A DNA stretch of 64,000 nucleotides from Rhodospirillaceae bacterium (GTDB taxonomy: Bacteria; Pseudomonadota; Alphaproteobacteria; Rhodospirillales; Rhodospirillaceae): assembly GCA_041905795.1 (NCBI GenBank), contig JAYRKL010000007.1:112572-176571 (forward strand), in the 5' to 3' direction. The notes beneath the pieces were generated by a model. It worked only from the letters and a program-made list of their open reading frames with translations, did no database searches and was not told where the DNA came from. The position numbers were made by a program, and so were the translations under genes. Of this stretch, positions 39,401 to 49,502 are shown piece after piece (positions within the stretch are counted from its first letter, which is position 1; every line of letters starts with the position of its first letter).

Positions 39401-39766
39401 ATGTCCGCCTACGACAACAACAACATCTTCGCGAAGGTGCTGCGGGGCGAGATCCCCTGCACCAAGGTCTATGAGGACGACCACACCCTGGCTTTCGAGG
39501 ACATCCATCCGCAGGCGCCGGTGCATACCCTGGTGATCCCCAAGGGCAAATATGCCTCCATGCGCGACTTCGCCGCCAAAGGCAGCGATGCCGAACTCGC
39601 CGCCTTCGTGCGCGCGGTCGGCAAGGTGGCGACGCTCAAGGAGCTGGACGACCAGGGCTTCCGCATCATCATCAACACCGGTGTCGACGGCGGCCAGGAA
39701 GTGCCGCACCTGCATGTCCATGTGTTCGGCGGGCGCCGTCTGGGCCGCATGCTGGCGCAGAACTGA
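39401..39766 (+). CDS. HIT (histidine triad) family protein
   Basis: 'IFAKVLRGEIPC' and 'VPHLHVHVFGG' histidine-triad motifs. Confidence 0.9.
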   Translation: MSAYDNNNIFAKVLRGEIPCTKVYEDDHTLAFEDIHPQAPVHTLVIPKGKYASMRDFAAKGSDAELAAFVRAVGKVATLKELDDQGFRIIINTGVDGGQEVPHLHVHVFGGRRLGRMLAQN

Positions 39767-39786
39767 AAAACGGAAAATAAAACCCC

Positions 39787-39881
39787 AGACTCTGTTTCCT
39801 TGAATCGGAAACAGAGTCTAGGTCTTTGTTTGGTCGCATGTTGAGCGGCCGAACCGGTTTCCACTTCGGCCTAACATGCTC
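39787..39881 (+). repeat. Two-hairpin intergenic repeat element, copy 2
   Basis: 95 bp identical to copy 1 apart from the 6-bp indel. It begins 21 nt after the HIT stop and ends 30 nt before the convergent comM/yifB stop. Confidence 0.9.
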
Positions 39882-39910
39882 TAGGCCCCACGCCGTCGCG
39901 ACGCACACGT

Positions 39911-41434
39911 CTACGCGCCGCCGAGCGTGCGGCCGGGTATCACGCGGCGATAGGACAAGGCTTCGGCGATGTGGCCGCGTTTCACCGCGGTCTTGCCGTC
40001 AAGGTCGGCGATGGTGCGCGCCACGCGCAGGATGCGGTGATAGCCGCGCGCCGACAGGCGCAGTCTTTCCGCGGCGCCGGTGAGCAAGGCGCGGCCCTCG
40101 TCGTCGGGCGCCGCCACCCGCTCCAGCAATTCGCCGTCGGCCTCCGCATTGCTCGCCGGTCCCTCGGCGCCGTAGCGGTCCTTCTGGACGGCGTGCGCGG
40201 TCAGGACCCGCGCCGCCACGGCGGCGGAGTCCTCGCGCGGCGGCGGCAAGGACATATCCAACGGATCGACCGCGGCCACGTCCACATGCAGATCGATACG
40301 GTCGAACAGGGGGCCTGAGATCTTGCTCTGGTAATCTGCCGCGCATTTCGGCGCCTTGCCGCAGGCCAGCTGCGGGTCGTCCAAGTAGCCGCAGCGGCAG
40401 GGGTTCATGGCCGCCACCAGCTGGAACCGCGCCGGGAAGCTGACGTGACTGTTGGCGCGCGCCACCGTCACCTTGCCGGTCTCCAAGGGCTGGCGCAGAG
40501 CCTCGAGCGACTGGCGCGAGAACTCCGGCAGTTCGTCGAGGAACAGCACGCCGCGATGGGCCAGCGAGATCTCGCCGGGCCGTACGCGCACGCCGCCGCC
40601 CACCAGGGACGCGGTCGATGCCGAATGATGCGGATCGCGGAACGGTCGCCGCCGCAGGATCGCGCCGTCCTCCAGGTGTCCCGCCACCGAGTGGATCATG
40701 CTCACTTCCAGGGCTTCGGCCGCGGTCATGGGCGGCAGCAATCCCGGGATGCGGCTCGCCAGCATCGACTTGCCGGCGCCCGGCGGTCCGACGAGAAGCA
40801 GGTTGTGACGTCCGGCCGCGGCCACTTCGGCGGCGCGCTTGGCGGTCTCCTGGCCTTTGATGTCGCGCAGGTCGGCGAAGGCCGCGTCATCCTTGGGCAT
40901 GGCCGGCGCCGGCGGCGACAGGACGCCGGCGCCTTTGAAGTGATTGATCAGTTCCAGGAGCGTGCGCGGGGCCAGCACATCGGCGTTGCCGGCCCAGGCC
41001 GCTTCGCCGCCCTGGGCGCCGGGACAGATGAGGCCGCGGCCGGCGGCATTGGCGCCGATGGCTGCCGCCAGCACGCCGCTCACCGGCGCGAGGGAGCCGT
41101 CGAGGCCCAGTTCTCCCAGCGCCACATAGCGTTCGAGTTCTTCCACCGGAAGCACAGCCATGGCCGCCAGCAGGCCGAGGGCGATGGGCAGGTCGAAGTG
41201 GCTGCCTTCCTTCTGCACGTCGGCGGGCGCCAGGTTGACGGTGATGCGTTTGGCCGGAAGCGCCAAGCCGATGGCGTTCAAGGCCGCGCGCACGCGCTCG
41301 CGCGATTCCGCGACGGCTTTGTCAGGCAGCCCGACGATGGTGAAGGTGGGAAGCCCGCCGGCGATGGCCACCTGGACCTCGATCGGCGCCACATCGATGC
41401 CGACAAAAGCGACGGTATTGATATGCGCGACCAT
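39911..41434 (-). CDS. YifB/ComM family Mg-chelatase-like AAA+ ATPase
   Basis: 'GLPDKAVAESRERV', Walker A 'LVGPPGAGKSML' and 'FLDELPEF'. Start set at MVAHINTVAF. Confidence 0.9.
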   Translation of the reverse strand: MVAHINTVAFVGIDVAPIEVQVAIAGGLPTFTIVGLPDKAVAESRERVRAALNAIGLALPAKRITVNLAPADVQKEGSHFDLPIALGLLAAMAVLPVEELERYVALGELGLDGSLAPVSGVLAAAIGANAAGRGLICPGAQGGEAAWAGNADVLAPRTLLELINHFKGAGVLSPPAPAMPKDDAAFADLRDIKGQETAKRAAEVAAAGRHNLLLVGPPGAGKSMLASRIPGLLPPMTAAEALEVSMIHSVAGHLEDGAILRRRPFRDPHHSASTASLVGGGVRVRPGEISLAHRGVLFLDELPEFSRQSLEALRQPLETGKVTVARANSHVSFPARFQLVAAMNPCRCGYLDDPQLACGKAPKCAADYQSKISGPLFDRIDLHVDVAAVDPLDMSLPPPREDSAAVAARVLTAHAVQKDRYGAEGPASNAEADGELLERVAAPDDEGRALLTGAAERLRLSARGYHRILRVARTIADLDGKTAVKRGHIAEALSYRRVIPGRTLGGA

Positions 41435-41540
41435 GGCCCCCGCAGCATGTTGGATCGAAGGGAAAGCCGGTTCGGCCGCGAACATGCGGCCAAGCAAGAA
41501 TCTCCCCCGGGGATTGACCTAGCATATCGGCGGCGAGTCT

Positions 41541-42419
41541 TTAAGCGCGCGGTACGCCGGCCGGGAAGCCGGTCCTCTGCGGCGACGGCATGGTGATCTT
41601 GGCCTGGTCGAAAGCCATCTTCACCGCGCGGTTCACGTCCAGCTGCACCTGGCCGAAGTCACCAGTGCTCATCCAGAAGCCGGCAACGATGACCACGCCG
41701 TCCACGGTCATGGACTGGACGCCGATCACCGGCGCCGGCTGCTTCTGGATGCGGGCGTCGTTCTCCAGCGCCGTTCTGACCAGGCCGATGACGGTATCGG
41801 CGCTGTCGGCATAGGAGATCAGGAACTTAAGCTCCGCGCGCCGGTGAGCGTTGGCGGAGAAGTTCTTGATCTCCTTGCTCCAGATGAGCCCGTTGGGCAC
41901 CAGGATATGGACATTGTCGGCGGTGTCGATCTCGGTGACGAACAGGGTGATGGCGCGCACGGTTCCTGAAATGCCCGCGGCTTCGATGGTGTCGCCGATG
42001 CGGAACGGGCGGAAGATGATCAGCATCACGCCCGAGGCCACATGGTTCAAGGTGCCCTGCAAGGCCAAACCAATGGCGAGGCCGGTGGCGCCCAGGACGG
42101 CGACGAAGCTGGTGGTCTCGACCCCGAAGCTGGAGAGCACGGCGATGATCGTGAAGGAGATCGCAGCGTAGCGCGCCACCGAGGCCAGGAAAGTGAAGAT
42201 GGTGATGTCGATGCGCTTGGATTCGCGGCCGGCGCGCAGGATGGCTTTCTGCAAGACGCCGGCGGCGATCCAGCCGACGATCAGGATGACGATGGCACCC
42301 ACCGCCTTGAGGCCGTAAGCCGTCCCGACCGTGAGCGCGGTGTCGACGGCGCCGGAGATATGGCTTTCCAGCTTGGCCGGATTCTGCACCAGTCTTTCAA
42401 GATCGAGGGCGTCGGCCAT
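41541..42419 (-). CDS. Small-conductance mechanosensitive channel (MscS family)
   Basis: TM helices followed by 'FRPFRIGDTIEAAGISGTVRAITLFVTEI' MscS beta-domain pattern. Confidence 0.88.
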   Translation of the reverse strand: MADALDLERLVQNPAKLESHISGAVDTALTVGTAYGLKAVGAIVILIVGWIAAGVLQKAILRAGRESKRIDITIFTFLASVARYAAISFTIIAVLSSFGVETTSFVAVLGATGLAIGLALQGTLNHVASGVMLIIFRPFRIGDTIEAAGISGTVRAITLFVTEIDTADNVHILVPNGLIWSKEIKNFSANAHRRAELKFLISYADSADTVIGLVRTALENDARIQKQPAPVIGVQSMTVDGVVIVAGFWMSTGDFGQVQLDVNRAVKMAFDQAKITMPSPQRTGFPAGVPRA

Positions 42420-42434
42420 GGGCGGGGGTCTACC

Positions 42435-43385
42435 TCAAACGTTTCGCTTCAGGCGTTTCTCGATGGCGTCCCAGACATCCGCTTCCAGGGTGACGCCGTT
42501 GAAGCGGTTGATCTCCTGGATGCCGGTGGGTGACGTCACGTTGATCTCGGTCAGGTAGTCGCCGATGACGTCGATGCCGACGAACAGCAAGCCGCGCTCG
42601 CTCAAGGCCGGGCCGATCTGCGCGCAGATGTCCTGTTCCCGCCGGGTGAGCGCGGCCTTCTCGGGCTTGCCGCCGACATGCATGTTGGAGCGCGCCTCGC
42701 CGGCCGCCGGCACGCGGTTGATGGCGCCCACCGGCTTGCCGTCCACCAGGACGATGCGCTTGTCGCCCAGACGCACCTCGGGGACATAGCGCTGCACCAT
42801 CACCGGCTCGCGCCAGGTGGTGGTGAACAGCTCCAGGAGCGACGCCAGGTTCTCATCGTCGGGGCGGATGTGGAACACGCCGGCGCCGCCGTTGCCGTAG
42901 ATCGGTTTGACGATGATGTCGTTGTGGGCGCGGCGGAAGGCTTTGACCTCTTCGACGTCGGCGGTGATCAGGGTCGGCGGCATCACGCCGTCGAAGTGGG
43001 TGACGAACAATTTTTCCGGCGCATTGCGCACATGGGCGGGATCGTTGACCACCAGAGTCTTCGGGTGGATGTGTTCGAGGATATGGGTGGCGGTGATATA
43101 GGCCATGTCGAAGGGCGGGTCCTGGCGCATGAGCACCACGTCCATCTCCGCCAGGTCGACCACTTGTTCCTCGCCCAGGTCGTAGTGCCGGCCGAGTTCG
43201 CGGCGCACCTTCAGCGCGCGGCCGCGGGCGGTGACCTTGCCTTCGTTCAAGGTCAGCTTGCGCGGCAGGTAATGGAACAGCTCGTAGCCGCGCTTCTGGG
43301 CTTCCAGCGCCAGGACAAAGGTCGAGTCCGCGTTAATGTTGACGGACTCGATCGGGTCCATCTGGATGGCGACTTTCAAGGTCAT
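42435..43385 (-). CDS. gshB: Glutathione synthetase
   Basis: '[15 protein letters not shown]', '[14 protein letters not shown]' and '[10 protein letters not shown]' ATP-grasp GshB motifs. Confidence 0.93.
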   Translation of the reverse strand: MTLKVAIQMDPIESVNINADSTFVLALEAQKRGYELFHYLPRKLTLNEGKVTARGRALKVRRELGRHYDLGEEQVVDLAEMDVVLMRQDPPFDMAYITATHILEHIHPKTLVVNDPAHVRNAPEKLFVTHFDGVMPPTLITADVEEVKAFRRAHNDIIVKPIYGNGGAGVFHIRPDDENLASLLELFTTTWREPVMVQRYVPEVRLGDKRIVLVDGKPVGAINRVPAAGEARSNMHVGGKPEKAALTRREQDICAQIGPALSERGLLFVGIDVIGDYLTEINVTSPTGIQEINRFNGVTLEADVWDAIEKRLKRNV

Positions 43386-43453
43386 TTGGGGAGCCCCTTA
43401 TTGAACCCGCACTCTAATAAAGCTTGTGGGGTTTGCCAGAGGCAAAACCCACT

Positions 43454-44302
43454 TCAGTGAAGGCGCTCGCGCAACTCTTTCACCACATCGGCGATCTTGC
43501 GCCGGTCAGGGCCGTCGGGGGTCCTGGCGACAAAGGCTTCAAAGGACTCGACGGCATGTTTGAGGTGCCCGAGGCGCATATGCATCACCCCGGCCTCCCG
43601 CCAGAAGGAACCGTTGGCCGGGTCCAGGGTTTGCAGGGAGTCCAGGGCTTCCAGGGCGCCGGCCACCTCGTTCTGCTCCAGGCGCCGGGTTTTGACGTTG
43701 TTCTGCAGGCGGATCAGGATCTCGCGGTTGGTCACCGGCTGATAGTGGCTCGCGTCCAGTTCTTCGGCCGCGCCCCGCACCACCTTGAGCAATTCGCGCA
43801 ACGCCCGGATCTCCAGCGAGCGGCCGTTGTAGAACGGGTCGACGATCACCCGCTGGCCGTCGCTGCTTTCCAGGCGGATCAGGAAATGGCCGGGGAAATT
43901 GAGCCCCGCCGCGCTCCAGCCCTGGGCCCGCGCCGCGAACAGATAGAGGATGCCCAAAGACACCGGCAGGCCTTTGCGGCGCTCGATCACGCGCATGAAG
44001 TTGGCGTTGTCGAGGTCGTTGTAGGTTTCCTCGTCGCCGGTGTAGCGGAACTCTTCGGCCAGAACCCGGCGCAAGGTTTCGGCCATGTCCTCGGGCGCCG
44101 CGTCGGCGCCCAGGCCCTGCTCGTCGGCGGCGTCGCGCACCGCTTTCGCCAGCGCCTTGAGATGATCGCGATAGACCTTGAGGTCGGCGGCGGGATGATC
44201 GAAGGACGCGAGCACCAGCGCGGCCTCGGCCAGATCGATGTCCTCGTCGCCCTGCGCGGCGATCTCGCGCAGGGCCGCCTTGCTTCGCTCCGCCGCCGCC
44301 AA
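43454..44302 (-). CDS. SirB1-like protein (transglutaminase-like N-domain plus TPR)
   Basis: 'RRKGLPVSLGILYLFAARAQGW...NFPGHFLIRL' is characteristic of the SirB1/UPF0162 family. Confidence 0.78.
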   Translation of the reverse strand: MAAAERSKAALREIAAQGDEDIDLAEAALVLASFDHPAADLKVYRDHLKALAKAVRDAADEQGLGADAAPEDMAETLRRVLAEEFRYTGDEETYNDLDNANFMRVIERRKGLPVSLGILYLFAARAQGWSAAGLNFPGHFLIRLESSDGQRVIVDPFYNGRSLEIRALRELLKVVRGAAEELDASHYQPVTNREILIRLQNNVKTRRLEQNEVAGALEALDSLQTLDPANGSFWREAGVMHMRLGHLKHAVESFEAFVARTPDGPDRRKIADVVKELRERLH

Positions 44303-44365
44303 GGAGACGCTCCGGTTACAGATTTGCCTTGGATTATCTAGCGCACTTCGCGCGCGCTTCCAACA

Positions 44366-44758
44366 TCAGGGACGCCAGGCGTCAATGATGTGCTGCGGCC
44401 AGAGGCCCCGGCCCAGGCTCATGACATCGAAGCGTATGTCAAAATCCGCGCAGGCAGGGTTGCGTTCAATGAAGACCTGTGCCGCGCGCGCGATCCGTGC
44501 GCGTTGCGCCGCCGTGACGGACTCTCTCGCGGTGTCGTGATCGGCGCGGGCTTTTACCTCGATGAAAGCCACGGTGCGCCCGCGTTTGGCGACAATATCG
44601 ATTTCACCCAGGCCGGTGCCGGCTCCCGCTTTCAGGCGATGGGCGAGGATGCGCCAGCCGGTCAGGCGCAGGATCGAGAGGCAGAGGAACTCCGCGATCC
44701 TTCCGCGCCGCTCCGCGGCGACCCGCCCCCGCCGCTCTGCCTGCTGCTTGGCGCTCAC
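44366..44758 (-). CDS. yraN: YraN family endonuclease-like protein (UPF0102)
   Basis: 'GEIDIVAKRGRTVAFIEVKAR' motif. Overlap-coupled to rsmI. Confidence 0.85.
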   Translation of the reverse strand: MSAKQQAERRGRVAAERRGRIAEFLCLSILRLTGWRILAHRLKAGAGTGLGEIDIVAKRGRTVAFIEVKARADHDTARESVTAAQRARIARAAQVFIERNPACADFDIRFDVMSLGRGLWPQHIIDAWRP

Positions 44759-45735
44759 GTGTCCTTGGCCAGTTCCAGGGCGCGGCTGTAGATGGCGCGG
44801 CGCGGCTGGTTCAGCTGTTCCGCCACCAGGGCGGCGGCGTCGCGCAAGGACAGTTTCTCCATGGCCTGGCGCAAGGCGGCATCGATGTCGTCGGCGCTGA
44901 TCTCGGCGACAACGTTCGGCGCGCCCGCCACCACGATCACGGCTTCGCCTTTGGGTGTGGGCTCCTCAGCGTAGGCCACCGCGAGATCGGCGAGCGATCC
45001 GCGCCGCACCTCTTCGTGAAGCTTGGTGAGTTCGCGGCAGACGGCGGCGTCGCGTGCGCCCAGACCGGCGTGAAGATCGGCCAGGGTCTCGGCGATGCGC
45101 TGGGTGGATTCATAGAACACCAAGGTTGCCGCCAGGCCGCGCACTTCGGCGATGGCGTCCTGTCGCGCCTTGGCGCGATTGGGCAGGAAGCCGGCGAACA
45201 GGATGCGGTCGGTGGGGATGCCGGCGGTCACCGCGGCGGCCAACATCGCCGACGGGCCGGGGATCGGCACGACGCTGTGGCCGGCGTCGGCGCAGGCGCG
45301 CACCAGCTTGTAACCGGGATCGGAGATCAGCGGCGTGCCCGCGTCGCTCACCAGCGCCACGGCGGCGCCTTCGGCGATGCGCGCCAGCAGGGCAGGCCGC
45401 GCCCGGTCGGCGTTATGGTCGTGATAGGGCGTCAGCGGCGTCGGGATGTCGAAATGCAGCTTCAGGCCCCCGGTGACGCGGGTGTCCTCGCAGGCGATCA
45501 GGTCGGCGTCCCGCAAGGTCCGCGCCGCCCGCGCGGTCATGTCGCCGAGGTTGCCGATGGGCGTCGCCACCACATACAGGCCGGGGGCTAATTTGCCTTT
45601 GAGGGCGTTGGTTGCCGAACCGGTTGCCTTGGGGCCGCCCGATTTACTTGCGACGCTCGCGCCTGTAGGTTCGCCGCCACGCTTACCCCCGCTGTCAGAG
45701 GTGCCCCTTGGGCCTCGTTTTCCCCCGGCTTTCAT
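44755..45735 (-). CDS. rsmI: 16S rRNA (cytidine1402-2'-O)-methyltransferase RsmI
   Basis: 'LYVVATPIGNLGDMTARA...LIACEDTR' motif. The basic Gly/Lys-rich N-terminal extension makes the start uncertain. Confidence 0.88.
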   Translation of the reverse strand: MKAGGKRGPRGTSDSGGKRGGEPTGASVASKSGGPKATGSATNALKGKLAPGLYVVATPIGNLGDMTARAARTLRDADLIACEDTRVTGGLKLHFDIPTPLTPYHDHNADRARPALLARIAEGAAVALVSDAGTPLISDPGYKLVRACADAGHSVVPIPGPSAMLAAAVTAGIPTDRILFAGFLPNRAKARQDAIAEVRGLAATLVFYESTQRIAETLADLHAGLGARDAAVCRELTKLHEEVRRGSLADLAVAYAEEPTPKGEAVIVVAGAPNVVAEISADDIDAALRQAMEKLSLRDAAALVAEQLNQPRRAIYSRALELAKDT

Positions 45736-47132
45736 GGCTCAAAACGGTCCTGGTTTCGGCGTCGGTGGTGGCGTCGCTCACCCTCGCGGGATGCGCGTCG
45801 AAAGGTGTAGCACCGCGTGCGCCTCAGCCCCAGCGGCAAGCTGTCGTTAAGCCGCCGGTCTCGACCCAACCGCAATCCACCTTGCAGCCGCCGCCCGCCG
45901 CGGCGCGCGCGGTCCTGCCGCCGAACCAGCTGATCCCCGGCCTCGGCGCGCAAAGCCAGGCCCAGGGTCAAGCGGGCCGGCCCGACGCCGGCGGCCTGGT
46001 GCGCGTCGGCCTGTTGGTGCCGCTCAGCGGTCCGTCGGCGGCCATCGGCCAGGCGCTGCTCAACGCCGCCGAGATGGCGCTGTTCGATGTCGGCGACGAA
46101 CACCTGGTGATGCAGGTCTATGACAGCCAGGGCACGCCCGAAGGCGCCGCGCAGGCCGCGCAAAAGGCCATCAGCCACGGCGCGCAGTTGCTGCTGGGGC
46201 CGCTGTTCTCGGCGGAAGCCAAGGCCGCCGCCGGCCCCGCCGCCGCCGCGGGCGTCAACCTGGTCGCCTTCTCCACCGACCCCGCCATCGCCGGTCCCAA
46301 TACGTTTGTGATCGGCTTCCTGGTGCAGGAACAGGTGCGCCAGATCGTGGCCTATGCGCGCAGCCAAGGGCTTTCCAAATTCGCCGTGCTGGCGCCCAAC
46401 TCGGCCTATGGCCAGGCGGTGGTGGAGGCGCTGCAGCGTTATGTGCCGGCGCGCGGCGCCAAGGTCACGCAAGTGTCCTTCTACGATCCCGACGGCAAGG
46501 ATCTCACGGAAGTGGTGCGCTCGCTGGCGTCCTTCGACCAGCGCAAGAAAACCCTCGAACAGCAGAAAGCCGAGCTGGTCGGCAAGACCGACGAGATTTC
46601 CCAAATGGCGCTGAAGCGCCTGGAGCGCCTGGAAACCGTGGGTGAAGTGGGTTTCGACACCATCCTGTTGCCGGAACAGGGCACGCGCCTCACCCAGGCC
46701 GCATCCTTGCTGTCGTTCTATGACATCGATCCCGGCCGCGTGCAGTTGCTGGGGACCCTGTTGTGGGATTCGCCCGGCCTGGGCCGTGAGCCGGTGATGG
46801 TGGGCGGCGTCTATCCGGCGCCGCCGCCGGAGGCCAACCGCCAATTCTTCGCCCGCTACCGCGAACTCTATGGCCGCGCCGCGCCGACCATCGCCAGTCA
46901 TGGCTACGATGCTTTGGCTCTGGCGGCGATCCTGGCGCGCAGCGGCGAGCCGGCGCCGTTCTCGGCCCAGGCGCTGATGTCGCCGTCGGGCTTCGCCGGC
47001 GTGGACGGGATTTTCCGCTTCATGCCCGATGGCCTGTCCCAGCGGGGCTTTGCCATCATGCAGGTGACCAAGACCGGCAGCGCCGTGGCGCAACCGGCGC
47101 CCACGGCGTTCGACGCGCCCGCTACCAATTAA
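45708..47132 (+). CDS. Penicillin-binding protein activator (LpoA-like) lipoprotein with type-1 periplasmic binding fold
   Basis: Lipobox 'LTLAGCAS', a Pro/Gln-rich linker, then a Leu/Ile/Val-binding-protein-like domain. It is divergent from rsmI, as is commonly seen. The TTG start is inferred. Confidence 0.72.
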   Translation: MGLVFPRLSWLKTVLVSASVVASLTLAGCASKGVAPRAPQPQRQAVVKPPVSTQPQSTLQPPPAAARAVLPPNQLIPGLGAQSQAQGQAGRPDAGGLVRVGLLVPLSGPSAAIGQALLNAAEMALFDVGDEHLVMQVYDSQGTPEGAAQAAQKAISHGAQLLLGPLFSAEAKAAAGPAAAAGVNLVAFSTDPAIAGPNTFVIGFLVQEQVRQIVAYARSQGLSKFAVLAPNSAYGQAVVEALQRYVPARGAKVTQVSFYDPDGKDLTEVVRSLASFDQRKKTLEQQKAELVGKTDEISQMALKRLERLETVGEVGFDTILLPEQGTRLTQAASLLSFYDIDPGRVQLLGTLLWDSPGLGREPVMVGGVYPAPPPEANRQFFARYRELYGRAAPTIASHGYDALALAAILARSGEPAPFSAQALMSPSGFAGVDGIFRFMPDGLSQRGFAIMQVTKTGSAVAQPAPTAFDAPATN

Positions 47133-47134
47133 AC

Positions 47135-47866
47135 TTATTCCGCCGGCTTGGCGGGATAGATGCTCTTCGCCAACGAATCTTTCACGTTGGTGGCGGCGCG
47201 CAGCTGGTTGCGCTGGATGATGGCCTGTGGGTTGTCGTTGCCGACGCCGTAGACCGCCGCGTTCCAGTCCTTGCGCGGACGGATGACCGCGCCTTCCAGG
47301 CTGCCGCCGGCGAATAGGCCGGAGCTTTTGGAATAGGCGACGATGTCCTGGCCGACATGCGTCGTGGTGGCGGCTTCGGCGCCGGCACCGATGGTGCCGA
47401 TGCTCATGCCGACATTGGCACCCAGTTTGAACTCGTCGTTCAGCACCGCCGACAGGCCCTTCTCGGTCAGGATCATGAACACGATCTCGTCCGACTTCAT
47501 GCCGATCTGCAAGCCGATGGAGCCCGCGGTCATGCGGTAGAAGGCGGGATCGCCGAAGCCAGAGCCATCGGGCAGGCGCTGCAGCAGCACGCCGTCGCCG
47601 TAGGCGCCGCCCAGCACGAAACTGGCCTTGTTGTAGGACGGGATGATCAGCACGCCCTTGGCGCGGGCCAGGAGGTCGTCCATGTCGCTGGACTTCTTCA
47701 ACTCCTGGCGCACGCGGTCGACGGTGATCGAGGACTCGTCCAGCACGTGGCGGGCGTCGAGCACGTCATCGGCGCGGGCGGGGGCCGCTGCTGCGGCGCC
47801 CAGCGCGAGAATCCCGGCAGCCGCCGCGCGGCGGGACATGAGGTTGGTCATGGTGTGTGTCTCCAA
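47135..47866 (-). CDS. SYLF (Ysc84-like, DUF500) lipid-binding domain protein, exported
   Basis: 'SRRAAAAGILALGAAAAAPARA' Tat-like signal. 'FYRMTAGSIGLQIGMKSDEIVFMILTEKG' SYLF core. Confidence 0.8.
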   Translation of the reverse strand: METHTMTNLMSRRAAAAGILALGAAAAAPARADDVLDARHVLDESSITVDRVRQELKKSSDMDDLLARAKGVLIIPSYNKASFVLGGAYGDGVLLQRLPDGSGFGDPAFYRMTAGSIGLQIGMKSDEIVFMILTEKGLSAVLNDEFKLGANVGMSIGTIGAGAEAATTTHVGQDIVAYSKSSGLFAGGSLEGAVIRPRKDWNAAVYGVGNDNPQAIIQRNQLRAATNVKDSLAKSIYPAKPAE

Positions 47867-47964
47867 AACGCTGGGCGAGAAACTCGCCCAACAATAGGCC
47901 GGAACTATGGCGGAGGGGTTAAAGACCCCGGCGCGTGCCGGACACGCGACCGAACGACAGGCCG

Positions 47965-48753
47965 TTAACCGGCATTAAGCAGTAATCCCCGTTTGCGGGC
48001 AATGTGAAAGGTCCACTGGAAGACGGCAATTCCGAGCGCCAGGTAAACCAGGTCCAGGACAAAGCCCTGCCAGAGGTAGTCGGTGCGCACCACGCCCTCG
48101 AGCACGATGGCGCGCATGCCCTCGAACACATAGGCGCTGGGCAGGGCCCAGGCCACCGGCTGCAGCCAGCCGGGAAGTGCTGCGATCGGATAATAGACGC
48201 CGGCGATGGGCATGATGGCGAACATGGCGGCCCAGGCAAAAGCTTCCGCCGCGAGGCCCCAGCGGATCAGGATCGCCATGATGAACATACCGAAGGCCCA
48301 GCCGAACATGGACAGGAGCAGGTAGAAGGCGATCAGCGGCGCGCCCAGGTCGAAGATGGAATAGCCGAACAGCGGCACCAGCCCGAGGATCGCCGGCAGC
48401 AGGCTGACGACGGTGCGCACCAGGCTGGTGACCATGCAGCCGATCAGAAGCTCATGGGGCCGCAACGGGCTGATGAACAGGTGCCCAAGATTGCGCGAGA
48501 AGAACTCTTCGACAAAGGTGACGGTCATGCCGAGGTTGGAGCGGATCAGGATCTCCCACAGCACCACCGCGCCGAGGAACAGGCCGGCGGCCTGGGTGAT
48601 GCCGAAGGTATTGCTGCGCAGATAGACCGTGATGAAGCCCCATACGGCGAGATTCATGAACGGCCAGTAGATCAGCTCGACGATCCGCATGGGCGAGCGC
48701 CGCAGCAGGTAGAGGTAGCGCAAGGCCATCGCATAGATGCGTGTGAAGTTCAT
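47965..48753 (-). CDS. ABC-2 type transporter permease
   Basis: Six predicted hydrophobic helices at ABC-2 family length. Its ATG overlaps the ATPase stop by 4 nt. Confidence 0.85.
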   Translation of the reverse strand: MNFTRIYAMALRYLYLLRRSPMRIVELIYWPFMNLAVWGFITVYLRSNTFGITQAAGLFLGAVVLWEILIRSNLGMTVTFVEEFFSRNLGHLFISPLRPHELLIGCMVTSLVRTVVSLLPAILGLVPLFGYSIFDLGAPLIAFYLLLSMFGWAFGMFIMAILIRWGLAAEAFAWAAMFAIMPIAGVYYPIAALPGWLQPVAWALPSAYVFEGMRAIVLEGVVRTDYLWQGFVLDLVYLALGIAVFQWTFHIARKRGLLLNAG

Positions 48754-49502
48754 TTGCCCGCCTCCTCGCCGCCGCGGGCGATATGCAGGAACACTTCCTC
48801 GAGGCTATCGCGGCCGTATTTCTGGATGAGATCCTTAGGTGCGCCGCGGTCGTGGATCTTGCCGGCCTTCATCATCAGGAGTTCGTCGCACATGCGCTCG
48901 ACCTCCAGCATGTTATGCGAGGCGAAGAAGATGGCCGCGCCGCTGGTGCGGGCATAGTCCGACAGCACGCCGCGCACCCAGTCGCCGGTGTCTGGATCGA
49001 GGGACGCGGTGGGCTCATCCAGCACCAGCACCTTGGGCGCATTGATGAGCGCCTTGGCCAGAGCCACACGGGTTTTCTGTCCCGCGGACAATTCGCGCAC
49101 CCGGCGCTTCAGGACCTCGTTCAACTGCAAAAGCCCGGCGAGTTCTTCGATGCGCGCGTTCAAAGCCTTCACGCCATAGAGCCGGCCGTAAACTTTCAGG
49201 TTCTCCGTGACCGTCAACTCGCCCGGCAAATCCACATAAGGCGAGGAGAAGTTCATGAACGGCAGCGCCTGGAACCGTTCGCTGGCCATGTTGTGGCCCA
49301 GCACGCGCGCTTCGCCCGCGGTCGGCAGCAACAGGCCGAGCAGCATGGCGATGGTGGTGGTCTTGCCGGCGCCGTTGCCGCCCAAGAGTGCGACGATGCC
49401 GCCCTGCGGCACGGTGAACGAGATTCCGTTCACGGCCGGGACGTCCTCGAAATGTTTGGTCAGCCCGCGCGCTTCGATGGCCGGGACGGCGTCTTCAGAC
49501 AT
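48750..49502 (-). CDS. ABC transporter ATP-binding protein (ABC-2 exporter type)
   Basis: Walker A 'GGNGAGKTTT', signature 'LSAGQKTRVALAKAL' and Walker B 'LVLDEPT'. Start set at the ATG for MSEDAV, which overlaps the upstream stop as TGATG. The 564-aa track ORF is an artefact. Confidence 0.92.
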   Translation of the reverse strand: MSEDAVPAIEARGLTKHFEDVPAVNGISFTVPQGGIVALLGGNGAGKTTTIAMLLGLLLPTAGEARVLGHNMASERFQALPFMNFSSPYVDLPGELTVTENLKVYGRLYGVKALNARIEELAGLLQLNEVLKRRVRELSAGQKTRVALAKALINAPKVLVLDEPTASLDPDTGDWVRGVLSDYARTSGAAIFFASHNMLEVERMCDELLMMKAGKIHDRGAPKDLIQKYGRDSLEEVFLHIARGGEEAGK

